Origin: Mytilus edulis
Lineage: Eukaryota
Direction of reading: 5' to 3'
Length of the DNA: 64,000 bases
Assembly: GCF_963676685.1 (NCBI RefSeq)
Contig: NC_092353.1
Location: forward strand, 1,364,001-1,428,000
Made by a program: the position numbers and the translations under genes. Positions 24,172 to 37,661 of this stretch are shown piece by piece. Position 1 is the first letter of the stretch. Each line of letters begins with the position of its first letter. The notes beneath the pieces were generated by a model that saw nothing but the letters and a program-made list of their open reading frames with translations, was not told the DNA's origin and searched no databases.

Positions 24172-25988
24172 ACATTTGTATATAGATGTTGTATTGCTGG
24201 TCTGAGTTTCTGTTGATCAATTATAGGTTTCAAGTCATTGTACATTTGTGTAGATCTTGTATTGCTGGTCTGAGTTTCTGTTGATCAATTATAGGTTTCA
24301 AGTCATTGTACATTTGTGTAGATCTTGTATTGCTGGTCTGAGTTTCTGTTGATCAATTATAGGTTTCAAGTCATTGTACATTTGTGTAGATCTTGTATTG
24401 CTGGTCTGAGTTTCTGTTGATCAATTATAGGTTTCAAGTCATTGTACATTTGTGTAGATCTTGTATTGCTGGTCTGAGTTTCTGTTGATCAATTATAGGT
24501 TTCAAGTCATTGTACATTTGTGTAGATCTTGTATTGCTGGTCTGAGTTTCTGTTTATCAATTATAGGTTTCAAGTCATTGTACATTTGTGTAGATCTTGT
24601 ATTGCTGGTCTGAGTTTCTGTTGATCAATTATAGGTTTCAAGTATAATCATTGTACATTTGCGTAGAACTTGTATTGCTTGTCTGAGTTTCTGTTGATCA
24701 ATTATAGGTTTCAAGTCATTGTACATTTGTGTAGATCTTGTATTGCTTTTCTGAGTTTCTGTTGATCAATTATAGGTTACAAGTATAATCATTGTACATT
24801 TATGTAGAACTTGTATTGCTTGTCTGAGTTTCAGTTGATCAATTATAGGTTTCAACTCATTGTACATTTCTGTAGATCTTGTATTGCTTGTCTGAGTTTC
24901 TGTTGATCAATTATAGGTTTCAAGTATAATCATTGTACATTTGTGTAGAACTTGTATTGCTTGTCTGAGTTTCTGTTGATCAATTATAGGTTTCAAGTCA
25001 TTGTACATTTGTGTAGATCTTGTATTGCTTGTCTGAGTTTCTGTTGATCAATTATAGGTTTCAAGTATAATCATTGTACATTTGTGTAGAACTTGTATTG
25101 CTTGTCTGAGTTTCTGTTGATCAATTATAGGTTTCAAGTTATTGTACATTTGTGTAGATCTTGTATTGCTTGACTGAGTTTCTGTTGATCAATTATAGGT
25201 TTCAAGTCATTGTACATTTGTGTAGATCTTGTATTGCTTGTCTGAGTTTCTGTTGATCAATTATAGGTTTCAAGTCATTGTACATTTGTGTAGATCTTGT
25301 ATTGCTGGTCTGAGTTTCTGTTGATCAATTATAGGTTTCAAGTCGTTGTACATTTGTGTAGATCTTGTATTGCTTGTCTGAGTTTCTGTTGATCAATTAT
25401 AGGTTTCAAGTATAATCATTGTACATTTGTGTAGAACTTGTATTGCTTGTCTGAGTTTCTGTTGATCAATTATAGGTTTCAAGTCATTGTATATTTGTGT
25501 AGATGTTGTATTGCTTGTCTGAGTTTCTGTTGATCAATTATAGGTTTCAAGTATAATCATTGTACATTTGTGTAGAACTTGTATTGCTTGTCTGAGTTTC
25601 TGTTGATCAATTATAGGTTTCAAGTCATTGTATATTTGTGTAGATCTTGTATTGCTTATCTGAGTTTCTGTTGATCAATTATAGGTTTCAAGTCATTGTA
25701 CATTTGTGTAGATCTTGTATTGCTTGTCTGAGTTTCTGTTGATCAATTATAGGTTTCAAGTCGTTGTACATTTGTGTAGATCTTGTATTGCTTGTCTGAG
25801 TTTCTGTTGATCAATTATAGGTTTCAAGTCATTGTACATTTGTGTATATCTTGTATTGCTTGACTGAGTTTCTGTTGGTCAAATATAGGTTTCAAGTCAT
25901 TGTACATTTGTGTAGATGTTGTATTGCTTGTCTGAGTTTCTGTTGATCAATTATAGGTTTCAAGTATAATCATTGTACATTTGTGTAC
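24172..25988. repeat. 68/73-bp tandem repeat (~26 units)
   Basis: Unit TACATTTGTGTAGATCTTGTATTGCTKGTCTGAGTTTCTGTTGATCAATTATAGGTTTCAAGTCATTG. Some units carry a 5-bp insert (AAGTATAATCATTG). Confidence 0.97.
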
Positions 25989-26699
25989 TTGAAATAGATC
26001 CGGAAAAACCCGCTATACGATAAGAGAGAAAAATAGAACATATCAATTCATGACAATAAGGAATTTTGTGATTCTTTATGTAGAAATGAGAAGTACGTAT
26101 ATCTCAGCACTAATTTTTTTACAACTTTATAGACCATATTTTGTTGAACTATATATCACACACCAGGAATCTACCATGTGAAGCCTCTACCAGGGTGACA
26201 CCCTCGTACCTTGTACCTGGAAATTAATCAAAGTACTGAAGTATTGAACATCGGATAACATCAAGTTCTGGGTGATGGTCACTATTTTAGGAGCTTTTCT
26301 AAATTTTGGGGCAATATAAAGTTTAAAAATTGTATAAACACTTATCTATTGTTTCAAGACCATATTTTGACCTCCAGGTGTCATTTGGTTGATATCCCAT
26401 TAACGTGAAGACCTTACAAAACATGACAGGGATATGTTGTATGATTTCCAATGAAACGATTATTAACAGAAAGCACATAATGTGGATGTAAACATGAAAC
26501 TACACGTCACCATATGTAACCTTCGACAATGAGAAAACAAATTCCGCACAGTGAAAGATAAAAGTCATCGGTATGACACAATTTCAAAACAAAATAAAAG
26601 ACCTAAAAGATCCGATTTATGCTAAAACAATAAACCACAGTAAACGAGAAAACAAATATGACGGACAACAACCAACTACAGAAACTAAACAACTGCTGG

Positions 26700-27310
26700 G
26701 TATGGACTGAAATCAAGGATACACCAGATACAGTCAAGGCTGCATTCTATCTTTATATACATCTAGAAATTGACAATGAGGGTCGGTTGAGTTAACTTTA
26801 CTATAAAGAGATGATTTCAGCTGTCGGATAGTGAACTTTCCATTTCTATGTAGAAATATATAGGAGCGCCTGCATATGGAGTATATATCTTCAGGAGTTT
26901 GCATTTTTATCATGAGTTCCTTGATACTTACAAGGAAGTTCATGATCATCTCTTCGAAAATGTTACGGACGTCATTACGAGAGAATTGAACGTTATTGAA
27001 TATCTGTTTCAAATATGACTACAGATTACGGATATGTTCAAATTGTCGTACCCAAAATCACGTCCTCTTTTCCTCGTATGTAACTTACCGAATTAGATTT
27101 ATCATCGTTTTAATTCTTTCATGAGTAACACGACGGTTGCCACATATGGAACACCTGATATCGCCTGGTTTTCGGTGGGGTTCGTGTAACTCTGTCTTTA
27201 GTTTTCTATGTCCTGTTTTGTTAACTGTTGTTTGTCTGTATGTTTCCTTTTTTTGAGACACGACATGGTCAGGTTAGTTACCCATTTGGTATCTTTCGCC
27301 TCTCTTTTAT
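26700..27310 (+). mobile_element. Decayed Penelope-like retroelement RT fragment plus 3' repeat tail
   Basis: Broken frames read LKSRI/IKDTPDTVKAAFYLYIHLEIDNEGRL...RDDFS..IVNFPFLCRNI..APAYGVYIS, the RT thumb region of Penelope-like elements. The tail family recurs at ~36056-36235 (reverse) and ~1660-1745. Confidence 0.75.
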
Positions 27311-27824
27311 TTTCTTTAAAGATATTCATAGATTGTCCGGCGTTGGTCATCTCAACGAGATTGATTTTCTCGCTTGAGTCGGTACGGCGAAAGTGAGAAA
27401 AGCAATCGAGTTGAGAAGACCAATGATAATCTGTTTATTCGGCGCTATTTTACATATAACGACGTTGTTAATTTCACTAACAACGGCAAACGCGGCCTTA
27501 GTTTCTAGCGATAATTGTTTGTATCACTCTACTGTGCAATTTAGTCTGTGTTGAGAAAGAAAATTATCAGTCAGAAGATCAAAGAAAAATTTCGTAAAAT
27601 AGAGAAAACAATTTATATTACAAATTCTTAACTTTTGTCCATACTTACTAATATGTGCTCATAAAGCAAACATGATAAATCTTTTGTTTGCTCCGTGTTG
27701 AAGGTTCTCACTGTGACTTATATATGAAGATCGGCAATAAATGTGCTGTTCCTAAGCTTTTAGCTGTATATGTGCTGATATTGTGTCATGGATGGATACC
27801 CCTTTCTTTTTTATTTTATTCAGA

Positions 27825-29205
27825 TAACGTTCTATCTTATCAAGGTCATGTTCTGTCTTGTCATTGTCATGTTTTATTTTATTAAGGTCATGTTCTATCA
27901 TATAAATGTCATGTCCAACTTCATTAAAATCATGTTCTATCTTGTCAATGTCGGTCATGTACTATCTTCACATAAAGGTCATGGTCTATCTTATCAATGT
28001 TATGTTCAACCTTACTAAGGTCATGTTCTATCTTACTAAGGTCATGTTCTATCTTACTAAGGTCATGCTCTCATCTTATTAAGGTCATACTCTCATCTTA
28101 TTTAGGTCATGTTCTATCTTATCAAGGTCGTGTTCTATTTTATTAAGGTCTTGTTCTATCTTACTAAGGTCTTGTTCTATCCTACTGAGGTCATGTTGTA
28201 TCTTAATAAGGTCATGTTCAATCTTATTAAGGTAATGTTCTATCTAATCAAGGTCATGTTCTTTCTTGTCAATGTCGTGTTTTAATCTATCTTATTCAGG
28301 CCATGTTCTATCTTCACATAAAGGTCATGGTCTATCTTATCAATGTTATGTTCAACCTTACTAATGTCATGTTCTATCTTACTAAGGTCATGTTCTATCT
28401 TACTAAGGTCTTGTTCTATCTTATTAAGGTCATGTCGTGTTTTATTAAGGTCATGTTCTGTTTTATTAAGGTCTTGTTCTATCTTACCAAGGTCATGTTG
28501 TATCTTATTAAGGTCATGTTCAATCTTATTAAGGTAATGTTCTATCTAATCAAGGTCATGTTCTTTCTTGTCAATGTCATGTTTTAATCTATCTTATTCA
28601 GGCCATGTTCTATCATATTAAGGTCATATTCTATCGTATTAAGGTCGTGTTTTAAATTATTAAGGTCATGCTCTAGCTTATTAAGGTCATGTTCTATCAA
28701 TTTCATGTTCTATTTTATCACGGCCATGTTCTATCTTATTAAGGCCGTGTTCTATCTTATAAATGTCATGTTTTATCTTATTACGTTCTTGTTCTTTCTT
28801 ATAAAGGTCATGCTCTCATCTTATTACGGTCATATTTTATCTTTATATCAAGGTCATATTCTATCTTATCAAGGTCATGTTTTATCTTATTATGGTCATG
28901 TTCTATTTTATTAAGGTCATGTCGTGTTTTAAGGTCGTGTTCTGTTTTATTATGGAAGGTCATGTTCTGTTTTATTAAGGTCATGTTCTGTTTTATTAAG
29001 GTCATGTTCTGTTTAATTAAGGTCATGTTCTATCTTTTTAAGGTCATGTTCTAGCTTATTACGGTCATGTTCTAGCTTATTAAGGTAATGTTCTATATTA
29101 TTAAGGTAATGCTTTATTTAATTAAGGTCGTGTTCTGTTTTATTAAGGTCATGTTCTGTTTTATTAAGGTTGTGTTCTATCTTATGAAGGTCATGTTCTA
29201 TTTGA
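27825..29205. repeat. Degenerate ~21-bp minisatellite
   Basis: Unit approximately AAGGTCATGTTCTATCTTATT, with larger internal block duplications. Confidence 0.93.
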
Positions 29206-29575
29206 TATTACAGATTTCCATCAGATTTTAATTAATTAAAGTGTACATATACAATTTAAATTAAATATAATGCATTTATCTGAATTATTTTCAATAATAA
29301 TATTGAAATAGTTGTTTCAGACGTTGATATTCCTTTGGTCCATTCAAAATCTATATGACGAATAAACGAATAAATGATGATGTCAAGAGATTTCGTCAAC
29401 AAAATGACATAATACCCTTCATGAATTCTTTCATAGAAAAAATGATTTTGTTCGGAAGTTTGGCTTTACCTGTAGACTAGCAAAACAAATAGATTTACGG
29501 TTTACCACACCCAAAATATTTAGTGCTCATGTTGTTTACCGAGATCATAAACTGAGAACTACCCACATCCACTCC

Positions 29576-29728
29576 CAGGCGCGGATCCAGAGGGGGGGGG
29601 GGTTCCGGGGGTTGGAACCCCCCCCCCTTTTTGGACGATCAATGCATTTGAATGGGGACATGTAATTGGAACCCCCCTTTGTCCTGGCTTAGGAACCCCC
29701 CTTTTTAAAATGGCTGGATCCGCCCCTG
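29576..29728. mobile_element. GC-rich MITE with 5-bp TSD
   Basis: TIRs CAGGCGCGGATCCAG / CTGGATCCGCCCCTG, flanked by ACTCC on both sides. Relatives at ~39517-39667, ~41812-41935 and 59946-60064. Confidence 0.85.
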
Positions 29729-30507
29729 ACTCCATTGTACTAAACAACTATTCCCAAAAATAAAAATAAAAGCATTATTGTAGCATTTACGAACATCTAT
29801 CTCATATTTACCAATTTATAACATAACTAATCATCTATCGCCATCCAATTATGTATGTGTATGGTCCTTCCCTTATATAGATACTCATATTTTAGAATTT
29901 TTCACTCAGGATAATGCTTTTCTCAGACTGCTAAATATATATGACGTCTTCATATCAAATTTTTCATATTAACCTTTCTAGTTGAGAAATAATTCAGGAC
30001 AGTCATAGATTTGTTTTCATTCAACCATCGGGTTGCCTTGGGCATTTGCATTCGATTATTTTATACCGAGCGAGTGTTGATCTAAAACATAATACATCAT
30101 CTGTGCAAGCATTAATAAAAGCAGATTCGGGGTATACCTCAATGAGATAGTAACGCAACAACACAAAAAGACTGATACTTTATATGTTTCACCTGAGACT
30201 ACTATAACACATGATATAGTAGTCTCAGGTTTCACTCGAATTCTAAACTGTACAATTTTTGGCAAAAGGAGACAGCAAACGTTTTTTTTCATAAAATTAT
30301 TTTATATAAAGGATAAAACAGTAACATATAAAAAGGCAACATCAACAATGCAACAAATAAAATAAAAGATACAATAACATCATATGCGATCAAATTCTTT
30401 TAAATGAATATCAACAGGTCAACCGGATTATCACGAGATTTCACGAGAAATGTCATGCTCGAGTGTTCTTGCTTAAATGTTTTACAATGTCTTAGTCATA
30501 TGAAAGT

Positions 30508-31064
30508 TTATATGAGATCATTCCACAGTGTGCACATCCCGACTTTTGAAATGTTTACGTCCCGGATACAGCTGACCATAGCTTCTTTGGACTTTTTTGA
30601 TTTCGTAATTTCGACCAACCCATCTAATGATTGTAAATCTTGGTTGGCAATATCGTATAAATTTTGTTCTAGCTTATTATGGTAACGAATCGAACATGTG
30701 AAGCGTACACGAACCATCTTAGTGACGTCACCTTTACAACACTTCATCGACTCTTCGACTTGTGGTCCCTCAACTGATTCAATAATTACATCACCGATAC
30801 TTTGATTCAGTGAATCATAAATCACGAAGTTATCTCCCTTACTAACAACTCTAATGGCGAAACCGTATCCTTCTGGGTTGTTATCTGTCCAGAAATAACA
30901 GTCATTTAGATTCAGCTTGTCTCCCTTGAATGTCAGACGCTTTCCATATCCCATTCCGATCGATTGGAGCACACGTGGTTCCCCTTCTAATACCTCTCTG
31001 TCTGTTCGTAGATCTCTCACGTGGTATGTAAAGCCAGGACATACTCTGTTATCTAGATGGAAAC
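30508..31064 (-). CDS. Uncharacterised GMGYGKRLTF-motif protein, exon 2 (last)
   Basis: Acceptor tacttttcag|GT. Reads GFHLDNRVCPGFTY...SIGMGYGKRLTF...YFWTD...LWNDLI*. Joins exon 1 in phase 1. Confidence 0.85.
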
Positions 31065-34000
31065 CTGAAAAGTAAAGACCAGTGTCAGACAAACTAAACA
31101 GTGACCAGTTACAGCCAAAACTGTAACTGAGGAAAATATATTGCACGACGTTTATACAAAGAAAATAAACATTTAAACAAAACGAGTTAGTTGTGGTATG
31201 TGTTATAAACTTATAATAGAGACACTCCAATACAAAATTTATTTGACTTTTATCAAGGTTTTGTTACTAGCTCATTGCTTATTTAGGAAGCCTTCAATGA
31301 TTTCCCTAAACTGTGTTAACACAAAGACCAACGAAACTAAAAGCTTACTGGTAGCGTCTAATTAATATATATATAATATACAGATAAAATTAGAACAGTT
31401 ATTTAACAGTTCTAAATGGTCGGTTTATTTATGGGAATAATGATAGTGTCATTCCAAGAGCTACACTGCCAAACCGAAAATTTAGAATTTCATATAATTA
31501 TTTTTACTCTTTGCAGATGAACTCAACATATGTCTCGTTGCGTAATTTACATGTAGAGTTCTCCACTGTTCTGGACTGGTGTCGACAGACAAATTATGTA
31601 TTTTTGACCTACATCAATCTTGTTTATTTGATATACTAAGTTTATATTCACATATCATTTTTCTCGAGTGTTGCATGTTTTGAAAGATCAATTTGTTTTG
31701 CCTCCAGATGTGTGTATATTTTGATGAGAACTGTGTGAATCTATGTAATGGTGTTTGTGTAGTTCTTCGTCCTTAACATTTTTTTCTATGCGAAATTTGA
31801 ACTTGTTCTACTTGTTTTAGGGTCCGAAGTACTTTCCCCGTCAGCACAACCACCAATAAATATGCGAGAGTTACCGCTCTTTGAATGTATCCCCCCTTTC
31901 CCCCCTCGATTATAAATTATATTTGTTCATGTGTAATGTAAAAGCCTTTTGTAACTTCCAAATAATGAATATGGCACCATTCGCAGTGCTATAACTTTAA
32001 ATATCAAGTGCACCAAAACAAAATTCCTATAACCCACTTCATTCAGTATACCAAAAACGACCAGTTTCTGAATTTTTTTCCCAAAGTTTAAACGAACATA
32101 AACAATTTCTTTCCTAATCCCCATCATGCCCTGCCCTACAAATATATTACACCATACAAAGCCCCTTTAAAACCCCACATTACGATATTACATTCCACCA
32201 TTTTTTTTCCACCTCAAACCCTGGTCACTGTAGTTATACACCCCTCCCCCTTGCCGCCTATGAATACAGCAAGATATGTTTGAAACACAATATATATCAT
32301 AAATTACAATACAATATGTATAAACAGACTTGAGATAGATATTTATAGGACTACCTTACTATACTCAAATATTGAGTACGTATGTATTAAGGTCATCCGC
32401 CATCAGGCCAAAGACTTGAGACAACTGTAAAAGAAAATCTCGTGAAGACATGGCACAAATATACAATGCAGTAGAAAATACACAATGCAATATATCTTAA
32501 AAGCTTTCAAGAACTACTTGTCAAGAGATAAATATGCTATTTGCCAATACTTTTATGATTAAATATCGTTTTCTTAAAAAAAAGGGGGGTTTTAAAATTG
32601 AATTTTGAAATTCAAAGTTAAGGTTGTTTTGAATACCAAGATCTTCCAAGTTAAGAACATAGCTACGGTTAACTTCATCTCCTTTGATTAAAATTTTCAA
32701 GACATCCAAAAAATCCAGCACAATAATAATAACATAGTTTTTATGTTAGTAGACGTTTCTTTTACAAAACTGAAGTGAATGAATTCCTCAGATGAATTCT
32801 CGTGTAGCTGTATTCTAACCACTGTATATATATATATATGCATATTTAGGCATATCATCACCAAATATATTTCACCTAAGTTTATTTTATTCAACCAATG
32901 TCCAGAGATGCATATTTTGTGATAAGACCACTAATTTTGAGAAGTAGGTGCACTGGCAAATAACTTATATATCTAATACATTCCGTTAAACTTACCATTT
33001 GACTTATTTGATATACATAAATAATTCACATTAATCGTAATGTAAATGCAATGACTTGACTAATACAGTTAAATAAAACTTGATATTCTCATTCATTCAC
33101 TAATATAATGAATCATCACTTTTATCTTCTTTTTCTCTCTAAATTTTTGTGTGTTTTGTTGTAATGTTGACAATTTGCAACACTATTTCCATTACGACTG
33201 TAATTGCTTAACCTGAACGCCCAGTGGCAAATATTTCATGCATGTTCAGGACGATATTCCCTTCAATACCCTTAAAAAGATCTTTGTCAACCATGACGGC
33301 TTAATACGGGTTCATATTTGTTGAAAACTATTTTCATTGAATAGACAGATATTCTATTTATTTTATAGTTCGAGTTATTTCCGCAGTGAAATTTCATACT
33401 ATAGAAGTAATTTAAACTATCAAGCGATAAGTGCACACAATCTTTTATCCGGAGGAAGTCAGCATTACTTCACAATCATTTAATTATACAGTGCAGGTAT
33501 AACATCAGAACATAAACCGTTGATGAATCATTCTTATCGTGTACCTGTTGACGATCATTGACGCGTGCACTAATCGTAGATAATATGATAAGTGAGAACA
33601 GATATATTATATCAGTTTTCTTGCCTTATAAAATTGCCAAAATAAGTATATAAAATGTGATTTGGCATGCCAAACCTTTATTTAAGAATAAATTAACACC
33701 ACTGTGAAAACTGCACATTGAAAACAAATTATACAAAATTATTGGATTCAAATGACGTCAGGCTAACAGACATGACAGACAAAAACAGAATATGGAAAAG
33801 CGATAAAATGTTGCAGTAATGAAAATCAATAATCACCAAATGCATATCAATTAGTTTGCAACCCACACTTACTTTTTGAGTAATACGTTTAAGCAACATA
33901 AATTTTAAAATTTACTGAAAAATTTACATCAATCAATATCCAATAGGTTTTGTATACTTTGATTCACCTTTTTTCAATAATATTACAATATATTTTTATT

Positions 34001-34080
34001 AAATACAAATTTCAGTTTAAACAAAAATCAAATTCTTAAATAGTTCATAAAATTAAAAGAAGTACATATTAGTTAATTAC

Positions 34081-34465
34081 CTATGACTGGAAATTCATGT
34101 TTCTTGATCCCTTGTACTGTGTATTCAATCCCTAATTGGTCACATACAACTAGGTCTATTTTGACAACATCGTCACGGTTCAATGAGTCTGTGGAAGAGC
34201 TCTCCTTGATCGGTCCATCAGCACTGTACTGTAGTTGTTGTTGAGAAAACAAATCTTGCAAAGAAAGTCCGGTTCCGACCTTTTTATCTATTTTTTGTTT
34301 ATTCAAACCATTTCCACTGAGGTTTCTGAGATCCTTCAGGTCGTCTCCACGAATGGTAGCATATAAAGACAATCGCCGAACATCGTCAACGTCTATCAAG
34401 GATTGACCGTGAAATCCTCCGATGGTTTCTAATTCTATTGTTTGGTCAACCAATTTCAAAGACAT
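34081..34465 (-). CDS. Uncharacterised GMGYGKRLTF-motif protein, exon 1
   Basis: ATG at 34465 (MSLKLVDQ...HEFPVI), 385 nt, donor AG|gtaatt, phase 1. The joined product is ~313 aa. Confidence 0.8.
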
Positions 34466-35163
34466 TCTATATAGATAATTTGTTTTCTGAATTGTTCTCT
34501 TTAATATCAACTGTAGTATCTAAATAATTCGTGCGATTTGAACTATCTTGTTGGCGTGCCTAAATATTATGAATGCAATGTGATGTTCATACCAGTATAT
34601 ACCGGTGTAATCAGATATCAACGATCAATACTATTTTTCATCCAATCAATTTACTGCTATATCAGCCGAAAGTGTTTTCATTGGCTTGTTTTTCCTGATC
34701 ACGCTAGTGTTGTCTGTTTTTCGAGTGATTTTAATGTTTACATTCTATCAATGCATGTACGGTATTTTCAAGGACGAAACTAAATAGTATCCGATTTTTC
34801 CATCACGCAGCTAACTATTACATAAATTTCAACTCGAGATTCAATATATAATTTCTCCATTTTATTAATGTAAAAGTTAAAATTGGTTTTAACAGAAATA
34901 GCTTAAAACACATGTATTTCTCATCAATATTATGTAAACATTAGACCGGGAAATATGTTTGGACGAATATACCCGAAGGGAGTGAATTTCACGACATATA
35001 GAAGACATCGAGAAAAAGGATCGTTACACATTTGTTGTCTTCCAAAACTTAATAAGTCATAAATGAAAGCGTGTTTTTCCAAAGTTAACTTAACAGCCAC
35101 TAGATATCATATTCCAAAAATCTTTGACCAAGTCTTTCGAAAAATAAGAATTTCACGGTCTGA

Positions 35164-35177
35164 GTTTCCATAGGAAC
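35164..35177. promoter_or_regulatory. Candidate RFX X-box
   Basis: GTTTCCATAGGAAC fits GTHNYY-AT-RRNAAC, ~700 bp upstream of the ATG at 34465. Confidence 0.3.
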
Positions 35178-36055
35178 AACGAATTAAACAAAACATGTAG
35201 AGACTATTGATTTTCCATATTGTTATAAGGATGTAATAGCTAGCAGTATATATATATATAAGACATATATTAAGTACTTGTTTCGTTGTAAAGAAAAAAT
35301 GTTAAAATTCTTGATGAGAATACTTGAGTTGTCTCGCTTTATATAGCATCGACTGACTCGCTGATCACAATATAGACGGTTTATATAAAATTGATTTTCT
35401 TATAATGAAATTTCTCGTCTCGAAAAAGATTTGTTTTGGAAGGTATTTAACACATAGTTTTTTATTATTGAAAATCATATTAGAATAGCATTGGTGATTT
35501 TTTTATAAGCAAGTTAAACGTAAGGAAAAAGTCGACGATATATATTTGTTTGTCTGTTTGTCTTTTTATTTTAAGCCATGGTGTTGTCAGTTTATTTTCA
35601 ATTTTCAATGTCTCAAACAAATATATCTAATATAGATATAGAATAAATCTGCGGTCCAACTACATTTATTTATGTATATTTCACACATGCAAAATATGTT
35701 GTATTGTATATATTATCATCTCTGTAACTATGTTATTTAGTTAATGAGAATAAAGATCTATCTATCTATCTAAGTAATTTTATTTTCACATTGTTTGTCA
35801 TTGTTACCTATAAATAGTTTAAGGTAGGTCTACCAAATTGCACATGGTAGATGTATAATAATGGTTTTATGTTATGTAAATCAGAAGAACTTATAATTAA
35901 GTTGGTAAAATATATGTGTCCGATCCTATTTTTCTCTTTGAGAAGATAATAGATATATTAAGATGTGGTATGAGCGCCAAGGTTGTCTCTGTTATATCTG
36001 ACGCATAAGCAAGATAATGATTTTAATCAGATTAGTCATCTTTGCATCAGGGGTT

Positions 36056-36235
36056 ATAAAAGAGGGACGAAAGATACCAGAGGGATAGTCAAACTCATAG
36101 TTTGAAAATAAACTGACAACGCTATGGCTACAAATAAAAAGACAAACAAACAAACAATAGTACAGATGACACAACATAGAAAACAAAAGACTAAGCAACA
36201 CAAACCCCACCAAAAACTGGGGGTGATCTCAGGTA
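36056..36235 (-). repeat. Interspersed repeat (retroelement/SINE-like tail)
   Basis: Reverse complement resembles 27170-27310 and 35545-35600. Confidence 0.7.
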
Positions 36236-36284
36236 ACGCTTTAGTCATGGAAGTGGGTTGAAATTCGCTTAAGATGTTATCTAG

Positions 36285-37250
36285 TAAAATTGAGAATGGA
36301 AATGGGGAATGTGTCAAAGAGACAACAACCCGACCAAATAAAAAACAACAGCAGAGGGTCACCAACAGGTCTTCAATGTAGCGAGAAATTCCCGCACCCG
36401 GAGGCGTCCTTCAGCTGGCCCCTAAACAAATATATACTAGTCCAGTGATAATGAACGCCATACTAATTTCCAAATTGTACACAAGAAACTAAAATTAAAA
36501 TAATACAAGACTAACAAAGGCCAGAGGCTCCTGACTTGGGACAGGCGCAAAAATGCGGCGGGGTTAAACATGTTTGTGAGATCTCAACCCTCCCCCTATA
36601 CCTCTAACCAATGTAGAAAAGCAAACGCATAACAATACGCACATTAAAATCAGTTCAAGAGAAGTCCGAGTCTGATGTCAGAAGATGTAACCAACGAAAA
36701 TAAACAAAATGACAATAATACATGAATAAAATTGAGAATGGAAATGGGGAATGTGTCAAAGAGACAACAACCCGACCAAATAAAAAACAACAGCAGAGGG
36801 TCACCAACAGGTCTTCAATGTAGCGAGAAATTCCCGCAATAACAACAGACTACTAGCAGTTAACTGACATGCCAGCTCCAGACTTCAATTAAACTGACTG
36901 AAAGATTATGATTTCATCATATGAACATCAGGCACAATCCTTCCCGTTAGGGGTTTAGTATCATACCATCATAACATATATGAGAAGAACATAACCCGTG
37001 TCATGCCAACAACTGTTTTTAGAATAAATGTGTTTAGTTCCGATGCAAAGACCTTATCAGTGACTCAATATTAACGCCAAAATATGCAATCTTTAATGAC
37101 TTGACAACAGTATCGTAATTATATCCCTTCTTAATAAGTCTATTCAAAGGTTTTGTAAGTTTCTGAGGTGAATACTGACACCTTTGTGCTTTATAAAGAA
37201 TATTTCCATAAAAAATTGGATGTGAAATACCTGAACGTATTAGAAGTCTG
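36285..37250. mobile_element. ~1-kb interspersed element with an internal copy of its own end
   Basis: Begins TAAAATTGAGAATGGAAATGGGGAATGTGTCAAAGAGACAACAACCCGACC (short relatives at ~42260 and ~50935). Flanked by CTAG on both sides. 36285-36396 recurs at ~36727-36838. Confidence 0.65.
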
Positions 37251-37661
37251 CTAGAATTATTGCATATACACTATACTATTCTATACGGAAACTACTCGTA
37301 AAAAGAAAGATAATTCATGGGATATAGTTTTGATCCGAAACAAACTTTTGATAATTTAGTAAACTTATGGACATTATCTTTATATATAGCGACTGGCTGA
37401 GTCAAATCATTTCCCTACGCGATTCACAATCGATTAGTGCCATTTGCATCGTAGAAACAGGATCGCAGTAGTTGAACTCACGCTTTGCAGATAAATACTT
37501 GGAAATGGAATCTTAAACACCACAATAAGTTTGTATGTTCGCTTAAAGCAAAAGTCACAAATCCCACTTAAAGCGCAAAACACGAAGCACATAGCAAAAA
37601 TTAAATTGTACTTTGATAAGATTTCTTCATGAACAAAAATTCGTATTTGATTTTAATATTT

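Noticed and set aside
27688-29026. Hydrophobic KVMFYLI-repeat ORFs
   Set aside because: Translations of the 21-bp minisatellite.
31065-31230. N-terminal part of ORF 30508-31230
   Set aside because: Intronic read-through upstream of the acceptor at 31065. The real N-terminus is the exon at 34081-34465.
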